Virus record (IMG/VR): IMGVR_UViG_3300021425_000049
Coordinates: 1-54,909 of that record
Reading direction: 5' to 3' (one strand)
Origin: a virus
Lineage: Duplodnaviria; Caudoviricetes
Length of the DNA: 54,909 nucleotides
Positions 45,045 to 54,751 of the stretch are shown piece by piece. Below the pieces are notes generated by a model that saw nothing but the letters and a program-made list of their open reading frames with translations, searched no databases and was not told where the DNA came from. Position 1 is the first letter of the stretch, and each line of letters begins with the position of its first letter. The translations under genes and the position numbers were made by a program.

Positions 45045-46337
45045 ATGAGTAACTCGGCACAATTTGACAATTTAGGAGCAATAGGTGCGCCCAAAGGTGA
45101 TGTAGGCGATTACGCCCATGCGGCTGCATTATATTTACGTAGTAATTATAGACTAACTCCAAAAACAAAATTTCTTTATCATGTTGTATTCAATCTGAAT
45201 CAAGAAGCATTGTCTACATTGGGTTCTGCTGGTAACAGTTTCAACAAGAAAGAATTAAATCTATTGTGTAGCCAGGCTGAAGCACCAAAGTATTCAATTG
45301 ATACAGATACAAAAAATCAATACAATAGAAAAAAAGTTATACAGACTAGAATGCGCTATATGCCATTGCGTTTTACATTTCACGATGACAGACAAGGAAC
45401 AACCAACTTGTTTTGGGAATCTTACTTTAGATACAATTACCAAGATCCTAATTTAAAAGAAAGTGATTTTAATCCTAGAAATTTATATGCAGGAAGTTTG
45501 AATAGCCGTTATGGACTTGATAAATTAAAGTCGGCCGGTCCGTTGATAAAATCTATAACAGTAAATCAAATATACAGCATTGCAGCTAATCCAAAATTTG
45601 AAGCATTTACACTTGTTAATCCTATCATAGCATCTTGGGATCACGACGAATTAGATCAAACTGATGGCGCCAACTTTTTACAAAATACCATGTCTATCGA
45701 ATATGAAAGTGTGTATTATGAACGAGGTAATACTGGAGAAGACAATCCTGTCGGGTTCAGAGATCCAGCACATTATGATACTGGACAAAGTAAATTATCA
45801 ACCGGCGGCGGCACTAACACAGGATTTATCGCAGATAATAGTAATGCATTTTCTGATCTTGTAAAAGGAAATATTCCTATATCTACACTACTTGCTGGGT
45901 TTAATATATTCAATCAAAACTTGCCTACAAACAATACTGGATTTAGTATATCAGGACAACCAACTACAAATCCTATCCCAGCAGGACAAAATAGTTTTCA
46001 ATTTCCTAGACAGACTACCTACAGTTCAAGCACAGAATCAACTCAAGCATCTTCACCTGTTATAAACGGTATTACAGGAAGAAGTAGAGGAGAAATTGCA
46101 CAAGCAGCTTCACAAAATAGTTTGTTTGCATCTGAACTAGCACAGAGCGCTTTCGCTGTATTGCCTAGTTCTTCGTTTGATAGCGACTTACAAAACGCAC
46201 TACAAGACTATTCACTTGCAGGTAATATAACAGAACGTAATGCAGTATTTGCCAGTTTAAGCGAATCTCAAAAACAGAGTGCTGTAAATACAGCAATAGA
46301 AAACATACCTAATATACAAAGAAGGTTATCGGCATGA
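45045..46337 (+). CDS. Tube-fold baseplate protein (gp48/gp54-like)
   Basis: N-terminal half parallels the tube protein (APKYSIDT..YNRK..LRFTFHDD; WDHDELD..MSIEYE); GATAAATA at 45032-45039. Confidence 0.6.
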   Translation: MSNSAQFDNLGAIGAPKGDVGDYAHAAALYLRSNYRLTPKTKFLYHVVFNLNQEALSTLGSAGNSFNKKELNLLCSQAEAPKYSIDTDTKNQYNRKKVIQTRMRYMPLRFTFHDDRQGTTNLFWESYFRYNYQDPNLKESDFNPRNLYAGSLNSRYGLDKLKSAGPLIKSITVNQIYSIAANPKFEAFTLVNPIIASWDHDELDQTDGANFLQNTMSIEYESVYYERGNTGEDNPVGFRDPAHYDTGQSKLSTGGGTNTGFIADNSNAFSDLVKGNIPISTLLAGFNIFNQNLPTNNTGFSISGQPTTNPIPAGQNSFQFPRQTTYSSSTESTQASSPVINGITGRSRGEIAQAASQNSLFASELAQSAFAVLPSSSFDSDLQNALQDYSLAGNITERNAVFASLSESQKQSAVNTAIENIPNIQRRLSA

Positions 46338-46717
46338 GTAGTTTAACAGATCCTAGTATTAATCCAGAAACAGATCCTAATAATCCCAAAGGCAGTGTAA
46401 AAGCCTTTTTTGACAAATACTTTGTTAAAAAAATCAGCATGAGTGCTAACGAAGTAGACAGTGTAGTTGGATTTTTTGAAAAACGAGGGTTTGATAAACA
46501 AAGTGCAATTGCAACAGCAAGTGTTTTACTTCAGCAGGCTAAGATTGACAATGTAAAAGTTTTTAGTTTACTTGATACTTTGAGAGGATTAAATGAAGTT
46601 CAAATAAGTCAGTTGGTAGCAGCAATACTTAACAGTAACAGAAGTGCAGTTAGCGGATTAGGCTATAGAATTAACAGCGACTTTATTACAAAAGAACAAA
46701 GAAATATTAAACTATAA
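46334..46717 (+). CDS. Hypothetical protein
   Basis: 127 aa, translationally coupled in the operon. Confidence 0.7.
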   Translation: MSSLTDPSINPETDPNNPKGSVKAFFDKYFVKKISMSANEVDSVVGFFEKRGFDKQSAIATASVLLQQAKIDNVKVFSLLDTLRGLNEVQISQLVAAILNSNRSAVSGLGYRINSDFITKEQRNIKL

Positions 46718-47154
46718 TGTCACGTTTTGCCCAAGGAAAATACACATGCAAAAACCCTGACAAGTATATTGGAGGAAGAAATCCTACATATCGTAGCAGC
46801 TGGGAATTTGCATTTATGCGTTTTTGTGACACAAATGAAAGCGTAGAACAGTGGGCTAGTGAAGCAATAAAGATTCCTTATAGAAATCCTCTAAGTGGAA
46901 AATATACAATTTACGTGCCAGACTTTTTTATTGTTTATGCAGATAAGACTGGCAAAAAGCATGTGGAACTTATAGAAATAAAACCTGCTAACCAAACAAT
47001 ATTAGAAAAAACAGGAAAAAGTAGAGCTAATCAATTACATTTTGCTGTAAATCAAGCTAAATGGGCAGCAGCAAGAGCATACTGCAAACAAAAAGGCATT
47101 ACCTTTCGTATTGTAAACGAAGGAGATATTTTCCATCAAGGCAAGCGTAGATAA
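46717..47154 (+). CDS. gp4: Head completion nuclease (TnsA-like PD-(D/E)xK)
   Basis: YRSSWE..FM.FCD, WASE..IPY, YVPDF, IEIKP, NQAKW.AA. Confidence 0.88.
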   Translation: MSRFAQGKYTCKNPDKYIGGRNPTYRSSWEFAFMRFCDTNESVEQWASEAIKIPYRNPLSGKYTIYVPDFFIVYADKTGKKHVELIEIKPANQTILEKTGKSRANQLHFAVNQAKWAAARAYCKQKGITFRIVNEGDIFHQGKRR

Positions 47155-47183
47155 ATAATAGTAGTATTTAATGGACTACAACA

Positions 47184-47669
47184 ATGACAAAAAAACTTGA
47201 AGAAATGTTAAATTTGCCAGAAAACAAAGATTTACCGGAAACTGAGCCCGAAATTGAATTGCCTGCCGAACACGAATCGACATTTAGAGACATAGAAGAA
47301 TTTGATAAAATTGCTAGTGCGCTGCCAACTGTAAAAGGGCTAGGTGACATGGCAGACAAAGAACTAAACGAAGTAGCTAACAAGGCAATGAGTGCATATG
47401 AAGATTTAATGGACCTTGGAATGAATGTTGAAAGTAGATATTCAGGTAGAGTATTTGAAGTTGCCGGCACTATGTTAAAAACAAACCTAGATGCTAAAGT
47501 TGCAAAATTAGATAAAAAACTTAAAATGGTCGAACTACAACTTAAAAAAGAAAAGATGGATAGAGATAGTGGACCAGGTGATGGCGATATTGTCAATGGC
47601 GAAGGCTATGTTGTCACAGATAGAAACAGTCTGTTAGAGCGTCTAAAAGGTCTTGATAAAGATAAATAG
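47184..47669 (+). CDS. Putative terminase small subunit (gp16-like)
   Basis: Helical 161 aa; GRVFEVAGTMLK and DRNSLLERL motifs; upstream of the large terminase; GATAAATA at 47150-47157. Confidence 0.55.
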   Translation: MTKKLEEMLNLPENKDLPETEPEIELPAEHESTFRDIEEFDKIASALPTVKGLGDMADKELNEVANKAMSAYEDLMDLGMNVESRYSGRVFEVAGTMLKTNLDAKVAKLDKKLKMVELQLKKEKMDRDSGPGDGDIVNGEGYVVTDRNSLLERLKGLDKDK

Positions 47670-47690
47670 TATATAATAGGATCCATTAAA

Positions 47691-48248
47691 ATGAAAAAAT
47701 TTGCTGATTATTTAACTGAGTCTAAAAAGACATATGAATTTAAAATTGGAATTGCAGGAGAGTTGCCCGAAGATTGTGCAGACCGTATGGAAACAGCCAT
47801 GCAAAAATTTGGTTGCATTAAATTATCAGATGGTAAGAAAACTCCAATTCAAGAACGTCCATTAGATTTTCCACAGTTGGAAAACATGGAAGTAACATAT
47901 TTTGAAACAGAATGCACTTATCCCACAACTCCTCAAGTGCTACAACACTACTTAGGAAGTTGCTGCAATATTCCACAAAGCCATTTGATTGTGCGTAATC
48001 CAAACGAACAGCAAGAACTTTATCAGCAAGAAAAAATGGAAGAAGTATACGAGCCTATGCTAACAAAAGAAGACATGGGCGGCGAGAGTGCGCAAGAATC
48101 AGTTGGCGGCAATCGTGTAATGGATCTACTAAAAGAATTAGAAACTGCTCGCAGTGAACGCGGCAACGACTATGTAGGCGATGCGCCAGTGGGCGAAAGT
48201 GCTGATATTAGCGATGCTGAAAATACAAAAAGCACTATAGGAGCCTAA
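47691..48248 (+). CDS. Hypothetical late protein with a capsid-targeting-like N-terminus
   Basis: Starts MKKFADYLTES; GATAAATA at 47661-47668. Confidence 0.7.
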   Translation: MKKFADYLTESKKTYEFKIGIAGELPEDCADRMETAMQKFGCIKLSDGKKTPIQERPLDFPQLENMEVTYFETECTYPTTPQVLQHYLGSCCNIPQSHLIVRNPNEQQELYQQEKMEEVYEPMLTKEDMGGESAQESVGGNRVMDLLKELETARSERGNDYVGDAPVGESADISDAENTKSTIGA

Positions 48249-48249
48249 A

Positions 48250-49104
48250 ATGACAAAAATAAACGAAGAAATTAATATCAGCGGTAGTGCAGAAGAATTA
48301 TTACAGTTAATGAAATTAGCTGGAGCCGATAATGCAAAAGCAGTAGACGCTGGCGATATCAGTAGTCATACTCATGCAGAACCAGAAACAGGCAGCTGCG
48401 GAAGTTCGCCTGAAATGGACATGGGCGATTATATACGCATGGTATCTACAGAGGAAGAAGAAGTAGACGGCGAGTTTCAAGATGCAAGCACAGAACCAGA
48501 CGAAGAATATATGAATGACGTAAGTGCTAGTATTCCTGCAGGTAACGATTTAAATAGAAAGAAAGGTTCGCATCCTCCTACTAATGGCGCCGATAATCCA
48601 ATGGCATTAGAAGACAAACTACGTGCAGAATTAAAAGGTGTGTTGGCCGAAAAAATGGCAGCGTTACAAGAACATGAGGATGAGCCAGAATGGATGCGTA
48701 TGTTTATGCCAGGAGTAGCTAATGCACTTCGTGGTCATCCTGACTTTAGAACAATGTCATCTGACAAAATGCGTTTACCAGGAACAAAAGGTAACAAGCC
48801 TGGCAAGTTTTATAATCCAGATGAACTAGCAATGCCAGATCCAGAATTAGATAATCCACTAGCAAGAATGATAAGCAAACTTTATGCTGCTGGCAAAATT
48901 ACACATGACGAATACGAAGATAGCATGGAAAAAATTACAGCCTATACTGGAGACCCAGAAGACTTTCAATGGTCAGGGCATCCTAAAGAATCGAAAAATG
49001 AACAAGGCAAAGAACAAGGTGCAGACGGCAAGGCCTGCTGGGACGGTTATAGATATGCCGGAACAGAAGATGGCAAAGACAAGTGTGTGCCAACCGGCAG
49101 ATAA
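48250..49104 (+). CDS. Acidic hypothetical protein, probable internal head protein
   Basis: 284 aa; LMKLAG motif; C-terminal CWDGY..KDKCVP. Confidence 0.7.
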   Translation: MTKINEEINISGSAEELLQLMKLAGADNAKAVDAGDISSHTHAEPETGSCGSSPEMDMGDYIRMVSTEEEEVDGEFQDASTEPDEEYMNDVSASIPAGNDLNRKKGSHPPTNGADNPMALEDKLRAELKGVLAEKMAALQEHEDEPEWMRMFMPGVANALRGHPDFRTMSSDKMRLPGTKGNKPGKFYNPDELAMPDPELDNPLARMISKLYAAGKITHDEYEDSMEKITAYTGDPEDFQWSGHPKESKNEQGKEQGADGKACWDGYRYAGTEDGKDKCVPTGR

Positions 49105-49122
49105 TTAATCCCCCCAGAACTC

Positions 49123-49149
49123 AATAGCGCCCTTGGGCGCTATTTTTTT
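49123..49149 (+). terminator. Rho-independent terminator
   Basis: AATAGCGCC-CTTG-GGCGCTATT followed by a T run. Confidence 0.85.
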
Positions 49150-49162
49150 GATTAAATACAGT

Positions 49163-50740
49163 ATGAGTAAAAGTTTAGACGGTGTTTTAACCAAAAAAGC
49201 AAATCAAAGAGAAACTTATACAGAAGATCAAATACAAGATCTTATGAAATGCATGGATCCTGATTTAGGATATTTGCATTTTGCTAGACACTTTGCACAC
49301 ATACAGCATCCTATACAAGGAAAACTTTTGTTTGATCCGTTTGAGTATCAACTAGGACTCATGCACAGTTATCACACTTATAGATTTAACATAAACATGA
49401 TGCCTAGACAAACAGGTAAGACTACTTGTGCAAGCATATACCTTGCGTGGTATGCAATGTTCAAGCCTGATCAAACTATTCTAATTGCTGCACACAAATA
49501 CACAGGTGCGCAAGAAATCATGCAGCGCATACGCTATGTATATGAATTGTGTCCTGATCATATACGTGCAGGCGTTACAAGCTACAACAAAGGCAGTATT
49601 GAATTCGAGAATGGATCACGTATAATTAGTCAAACTACCACAGGAACTACAGGACGTGGTTTGAGTATTTCATTGTTATACTGTGACGAGTTTGCATTTG
49701 TGCAGCCTAATATTGCAGAAGAATTTTGGACTTCGATTTCACCTACGCTAGCAACAGGTGGTCGTGCTATTATTACCAGCACACCTAACAGCGACGAAGA
49801 TACGTTTGCAACTATTTGGAAACAAGCAGAACAAAAGTTTGACGAGCATGGAAATGAAAGCGATGTTGGTATAAACGGATTTCACGCTTTCAAAGCACAT
49901 TGGAGCGAACATCCTGACAGAGATGAAGAATGGATGAAGAACGAAATTGGTCGTATTGGCGAGGAAATGTTTAGACGAGAATACGAATGCGAATTCTTGG
50001 TATTTGATGAAACATTAATCAACAGTATTAAATTAGCAGCAATGGAAGCAAGAGATCCTATAGTAAAAATGGGAGAGGTGCGCTGGTATAAAAAATTGGA
50101 TAGCAAAAAGTCTTATGTAGTAGGCTTAGATCCTGCAATGGGCACAGGAGGAGATTTTGCTGCAATACAAGTTATTGAGTTACCAACCTATGAACAAGTA
50201 GGAGAATGGCAACACAATACAACTGCTATACCAGGACAAGTTAGAGTATTAAGAGATGTATGTTCATACATTTACGAGCAAACTAACTCAAACAACATTT
50301 ATTGGAGCGTAGAAAACAACGGTATTGGCGAAGCTGCACTATTAGTAATACAAGATTTTGGAGAGGAAAATATACCAGGATTGTTTATTAGCGAACCTAT
50401 ACGTAAAGGACATGTGCGCAAGTTTCGCAAAGGATTTAACACTACGCATGGCAGCAAAACCACAACCTGTGCAAGATTAAAAACCATGGTTGAAAATGAC
50501 AAACTAATTGTCAACAGCAAACCTTTGCTCAGTGAGCTAAAAGCATACATTGCATCAGGCAGTAGTTTTCAAGCCAAGCCTGGACATAATGATGACCTTG
50601 TTAGCAGTCTTTTATTAACATTAAGAATGATGACAGTGATGAAGGACTGGGATCCTACAGTGTATAATACCTTTAGTCAAATTGAACACGAGGACGATTA
50701 TGAGATGCCCATGCCTATCTTTATAAGTAGCAATTATTGA
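49163..50740 (+). CDS. gp17: Terminase large subunit
   Basis: Walker A PRQTGKTT, Walker B LLYCDEFAF, ITSTPN, nuclease GLDPAMG and HNDDLV; start reassigned to ATG 49163. Confidence 0.96.
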   Translation: MSKSLDGVLTKKANQRETYTEDQIQDLMKCMDPDLGYLHFARHFAHIQHPIQGKLLFDPFEYQLGLMHSYHTYRFNINMMPRQTGKTTCASIYLAWYAMFKPDQTILIAAHKYTGAQEIMQRIRYVYELCPDHIRAGVTSYNKGSIEFENGSRIISQTTTGTTGRGLSISLLYCDEFAFVQPNIAEEFWTSISPTLATGGRAIITSTPNSDEDTFATIWKQAEQKFDEHGNESDVGINGFHAFKAHWSEHPDRDEEWMKNEIGRIGEEMFRREYECEFLVFDETLINSIKLAAMEARDPIVKMGEVRWYKKLDSKKSYVVGLDPAMGTGGDFAAIQVIELPTYEQVGEWQHNTTAIPGQVRVLRDVCSYIYEQTNSNNIYWSVENNGIGEAALLVIQDFGEENIPGLFISEPIRKGHVRKFRKGFNTTHGSKTTTCARLKTMVENDKLIVNSKPLLSELKAYIASGSSFQAKPGHNDDLVSSLLLTLRMMTVMKDWDPTVYNTFSQIEHEDDYEMPMPIFISSNY

Positions 50741-50753
50741 TAAATAACATATA

Positions 50754-53700
50754 ATGATTAAATTAGATAACATAGCAGAACAACTGTTCAATAAAATTCG
50801 CGGAAGATTTTCCAAAGTAACAATTGGCGATAGCGAAGGCAACGTGACCAATGAACCTAACCTAGCACGATACTTTGACTTTGATTACACAGTCGGAGGT
50901 GACAAAAGTTTAGGAAATGTAAGTGTTAGTTTAGACGAGGAAGAAGGTCTTGTTGTTATGTTCAGCAAAGATTTTGTAGAAGGCAGTTATGGTTCTACTA
51001 AAGACGATTGGTATAATTTTTTAAAAGAAATGCGCCAGTTTGCAAAGAAGCGTTTAATGAAATTTGAAGTTCGTGATTTGAACAGATCTAATTTAACACG
51101 TAGAGATTATCAATTTCTAGCACAGAACCGCCCTGGAGATAAAACAATGCAAGAATCAAAAATGTATGGAACAAACAAAACCAGTTTCCAAAAAATAGGA
51201 AATGCAAAGATACATATAAAACATTCAGCACCTATTAACACTGAATCTGTTAACAGCAGAACAGGGAAAATTGGTAGCATATTCATTGAATCTCCTGATG
51301 GTGAAAAATTTAAATATCCATTTAAACATTTAAGCGGTGCTAGAGCTCTTGCTCGTCATGTTGCAGAAGGCGGACATGCATATGACGATTTTGGCAAGCA
51401 TATCACTGGGCTAAGTGGCGAGATGGCTAAACTACGCAAATTTAACACATACATGAATCGTAGTAGTGTAATGGCAGAAGCATTACAAGAATACACTGAT
51501 ATTGTTAAAGAGCGTGTTAATAATATAAAGAAAGAAATACAAAATTTACAAAAACCAGCATACTATACATCGGCATTAGAAAGTTTTGAACCATCTATTG
51601 TAGAAGATGTTCCTACAGATGTTGCAGATGCTTGGATTGACCAATTAACTGTCAAGCAGTTTAATGAAGAATTAAAAGATGTATTTCCTTACATATACAA
51701 TCTAGTAGGCGAAACAAAAGTAAAAGAAATTGCACTAGAAGATATTATTACAGAAGCTGATCAATATGTAGTTAAGGCAGGAGACACTGTTGCATCTATT
51801 GCTAGAAAAGCTGGTGTGCCTGTTGATACAATTATCAAGAATAACAATTTAGATGATAAGGCAACAATCTATCCAGGACAAAAACTAGCTATTCCACCAA
51901 AAGGTGTAGCAGAAGAAGTTGGCGTAGACGATGTGACTAAAACCGGCAGTATAGATAAACTTGAAGGCCCAGCTGCCACTGTAAAAATTAGACCAGGAAT
52001 GACACTGTTTGCTATAGCAAAAATGTTCAATGATTTGAACAATCATGGCGGCGACATTGAAGAGTTTATCAAAGAGATAATGCAAGCAAATGGTATAATG
52101 GATCCACGTAAATTGCAAGTAGGTGATGTAATTGAAATACCATATTCAATGGGCACTAATGCAAGTGGATCAAGCAGAGGCTTACCACCAGGTGGATTTA
52201 CTGCATACGAAACAGCAGTAGATGAAGCAATTGAAGGCTTAATGGGACAGTTTGCAGAACCTATAACAGAAGCAAGAGCATGTAACTGTAACGAAGATTG
52301 TGCATGTGGAGGCAACTGCGGCCCAGACTGTAACTGCGGCCCAGGATGTGGATCAGTTACAGAATCAAAAAAAAAATTAAGTGAGCACGATACAGGTCTC
52401 CAACTAAACACTGAAAAAGTTAAAGACTTAATCAATCGCTTTGTTGCATGGGCAAACAAAGAAACACCTCCGCCCGCAGATGTAGATCCTGCAGATGTAG
52501 ACGCTGCTATACGTTTCAATGACATAACTCCTATGAGTGAAATAAGCCAAGAAATTTGGGATACTGCACACGAACTAGCAGGAGAAGGTGCAGTAACTCT
52601 TGACCATTGGGATAAAGCTACAGAACAGGTTATTTCTGCTTTACCAGAAGATGAGCAAGCATTTGTTAGACAACAGTTAAATGTTCCCGATCCAACAGAT
52701 AGCAAAGGCAATATAGATCTTAGCAAGTTGCCACCTGAGTTTGCAAAATGGTTTAAAAAACTAAAAGATTGGGCAGCAGAAACATACAAAAATATTGATC
52801 CTCGTAATCCTAATGTAGACCCAGGTGCGGATGAACAGTTTAACGACTACCCGGATGCAATACGTAGACTAGGCGAAGACGGCCACGACGAGGCCACCGC
52901 CAAAATAATTGAAAGATTAACCAAACTATTAAAAAAAGCCGAAGCAGCAGGTGATAAAGAAAAAGCAGAAAAAATAAAAGCAACAATAGACAGCTTGATG
53001 CCTAATTATGGCATCGAAGATCCAAGAGGACCAGAATATACAGGTATAGGACTTGGAACTAAATTAAGTTCTAGCATGTATGATGAAGCGTCAGTGCGCG
53101 GTGGCCAAAAAGCATGGAACGCAAGATACAAAAAGCATGAGACTGCTTTACAACAAGCTATAGATTTATACACTCCAAAAGACCCAAGTCGTTTTGTGAC
53201 TGCACTAAGAAAATTATTAATGTCAGACGATGATTTTAGAGATTGGTATACTGCTAGTAAAACTTCATCTCATGTTTTAGACAAAGCAATGGCTATTGTG
53301 GATGAAATCGGTTCATCAAAGTCAGAAGGCAATGAATTTACCAAAGCACTAGCAAAGGCAAGAGCAAACAACGATGACGAAATGGAAGTAGATGGAAAGA
53401 AGATTCCAGTAACAGAATTTATTCTATCATATTTTGATCGTCATACAGGCCAGTTTCCAAAAGGCGAAACAGCCGTATTGACAATGGTAGAAAAAGAATA
53501 CGGCGAAAACTTTATTAAGCCAGCTCAAGAGTTCATAGAACAAATTCATAACAAAGTATCAGAGATAATGGGATATAAAGACAACGAATTAGGCGAAGGG
53601 TTTGATCCAGAGCATTTTGACGACGAAGTTGAAATGGAAATACCAGGCGACGACGGTGAAATGGATGATGCAACTATTAGTTACACAGCTACAATAATAG

Positions 53701-53942
53701 ATGGTAAACCTGTAGTTCATCCAAGATCAATTCGTGCATCTGCACATGGTAACAATCCAAATGCAAAACTAGCTAACGATGACGAGACTGCAACATACAT
53801 AGCACAACAAGATAAAGAAGTTTTAGCTATTCTACAGCAACATGCAGAAGAATTATGGGCAGAGCGAGACAACGACTACAAAGGCGGTTATGGCGAAAGC
53901 GAAGAACTAAACAGAATTACAGCGTTAGCCGGTATAAGATAA
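50754..53942 (+). CDS. Large mosaic late protein with two LysM domains and a Cys-rich motif
   Basis: YVVKAGDTVASIARK..IYPGQKLAIP; VKIRPGMTLFAIAK..LQVGDVIEIP; CNCNEDCACGGNCGPDCNCGPGC; GATAAATA at 50739-50746. Confidence 0.8.
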   Translation: MIKLDNIAEQLFNKIRGRFSKVTIGDSEGNVTNEPNLARYFDFDYTVGGDKSLGNVSVSLDEEEGLVVMFSKDFVEGSYGSTKDDWYNFLKEMRQFAKKRLMKFEVRDLNRSNLTRRDYQFLAQNRPGDKTMQESKMYGTNKTSFQKIGNAKIHIKHSAPINTESVNSRTGKIGSIFIESPDGEKFKYPFKHLSGARALARHVAEGGHAYDDFGKHITGLSGEMAKLRKFNTYMNRSSVMAEALQEYTDIVKERVNNIKKEIQNLQKPAYYTSALESFEPSIVEDVPTDVADAWIDQLTVKQFNEELKDVFPYIYNLVGETKVKEIALEDIITEADQYVVKAGDTVASIARKAGVPVDTIIKNNNLDDKATIYPGQKLAIPPKGVAEEVGVDDVTKTGSIDKLEGPAATVKIRPGMTLFAIAKMFNDLNNHGGDIEEFIKEIMQANGIMDPRKLQVGDVIEIPYSMGTNASGSSRGLPPGGFTAYETAVDEAIEGLMGQFAEPITEARACNCNEDCACGGNCGPDCNCGPGCGSVTESKKKLSEHDTGLQLNTEKVKDLINRFVAWANKETPPPADVDPADVDAAIRFNDITPMSEISQEIWDTAHELAGEGAVTLDHWDKATEQVISALPEDEQAFVRQQLNVPDPTDSKGNIDLSKLPPEFAKWFKKLKDWAAETYKNIDPRNPNVDPGADEQFNDYPDAIRRLGEDGHDEATAKIIERLTKLLKKAEAAGDKEKAEKIKATIDSLMPNYGIEDPRGPEYTGIGLGTKLSSSMYDEASVRGGQKAWNARYKKHETALQQAIDLYTPKDPSRFVTALRKLLMSDDDFRDWYTASKTSSHVLDKAMAIVDEIGSSKSEGNEFTKALAKARANNDDEMEVDGKKIPVTEFILSYFDRHTGQFPKGETAVLTMVEKEYGENFIKPAQEFIEQIHNKVSEIMGYKDNELGEGFDPEHFDDEVEMEIPGDDGEMDDATISYTATIIDGKPVVHPRSIRASAHGNNPNAKLANDDETATYIAQQDKEVLAILQQHAEELWAERDNDYKGGYGESEELNRITALAGIR

Positions 53943-53958
53943 TCGGCTAACTCCTACT

Positions 53959-54666
53959 ATGGCAAACAAGCTATGGATATTTGGCGATAGTTATGCTGAT
54001 CCTAAATACAACGATCCATTATCTTGGCCTTATCTAATACAAGAAAATTTTGATGTTGTTAACAAAGCAAAAATAGGAACCGGCATTGACTGGTCTTTGC
54101 AAAAATTTTATTGGTCTACACACTACACATACGAAAATAATATAGACACAAGCAATATAAATGTTCTTTTTTTCATGTCTGGCCTTAGTCGTAACAACCT
54201 AAAATTTTACGATCCTCCATCAGATCAAGTTTGGGATTTTGATGCGTCCTGGACAGGTAACAAAGAATATAATCTGCATATGCTTAAAAAATACAAACAT
54301 GAAAAAAAATATTATAATTGGTTTTTAAAAAATTGGTTTTTTCATTCTTCTTACATACAAACAGAAAATTTAAAAATATTATCATATTTACAACAGTGGA
54401 GTAAAAAATTTAATAAAATATTGGTGTTCAACAATTTTGAAGAGTTTGATTTTATGGATATGGAAATTTGGCCGGAATCTACAAAGAAGTTTCACGCAGA
54501 AAGCAAGCCTTTGGCTACAGTGTTTGGACATGTTGACGGTTACGCAACAGACCAACGTGCGAACCATATGGATGCAGAACATCATCCAATCTTTGCTAAA
54601 CAACTAGTAGATCACTTCATATATGATAAAAAAATTAATTTGTCAAGTTTCAAAAAAAATATTTGA
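53959..54666 (+). CDS. SGNH/GDSL hydrolase-like protein
   Basis: IFGDSYA, SWP, NKAKIGTG, C-terminal NH. Confidence 0.5.
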   Translation: MANKLWIFGDSYADPKYNDPLSWPYLIQENFDVVNKAKIGTGIDWSLQKFYWSTHYTYENNIDTSNINVLFFMSGLSRNNLKFYDPPSDQVWDFDASWTGNKEYNLHMLKKYKHEKKYYNWFLKNWFFHSSYIQTENLKILSYLQQWSKKFNKILVFNNFEEFDFMDMEIWPESTKKFHAESKPLATVFGHVDGYATDQRANHMDAEHHPIFAKQLVDHFIYDKKINLSSFKKNI

Positions 54667-54691
54667 CTTTTGATAAATAAGAATGTATAGT
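54663..54691 (+). promoter_or_regulatory. Nested sigma70 and late promoters for the SSB gene
   Basis: TTGACT, 17 nt spacer, TATAGT, with GATAAATA (54672-54679) inside the spacer. Confidence 0.7.
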
Positions 54692-54751
54692 AACAATTGT
54701 GCTATACGAATAAGGCACAAGCACATAGGCAATTTATAAGGAGGCATAACT

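Noticed and set aside
46717-47154. TnsA-like nuclease as evidence of a transposon or homing endonuclease
   Set aside because: Matches the conserved T4 gp4 head-completion family in a normal structural context.
49133-49162. TTG start of terminase given in the ORF track
   Set aside because: It lies within the terminator hairpin; ATG 49163 after the late promoter is more plausible.
52367-52376. A10 homopolymer in the 1062 aa gene as a phase-variation or slippage site
   Set aside because: The frame is intact (SKKKL) and A runs are common in this AT-rich genome; no supporting evidence.
53924-53951. Hairpin GTTAGCCG/CGGCTAAC spanning the stop of the 1062 aa gene
   Set aside because: No U-tail and a long loop; function cannot be supported.
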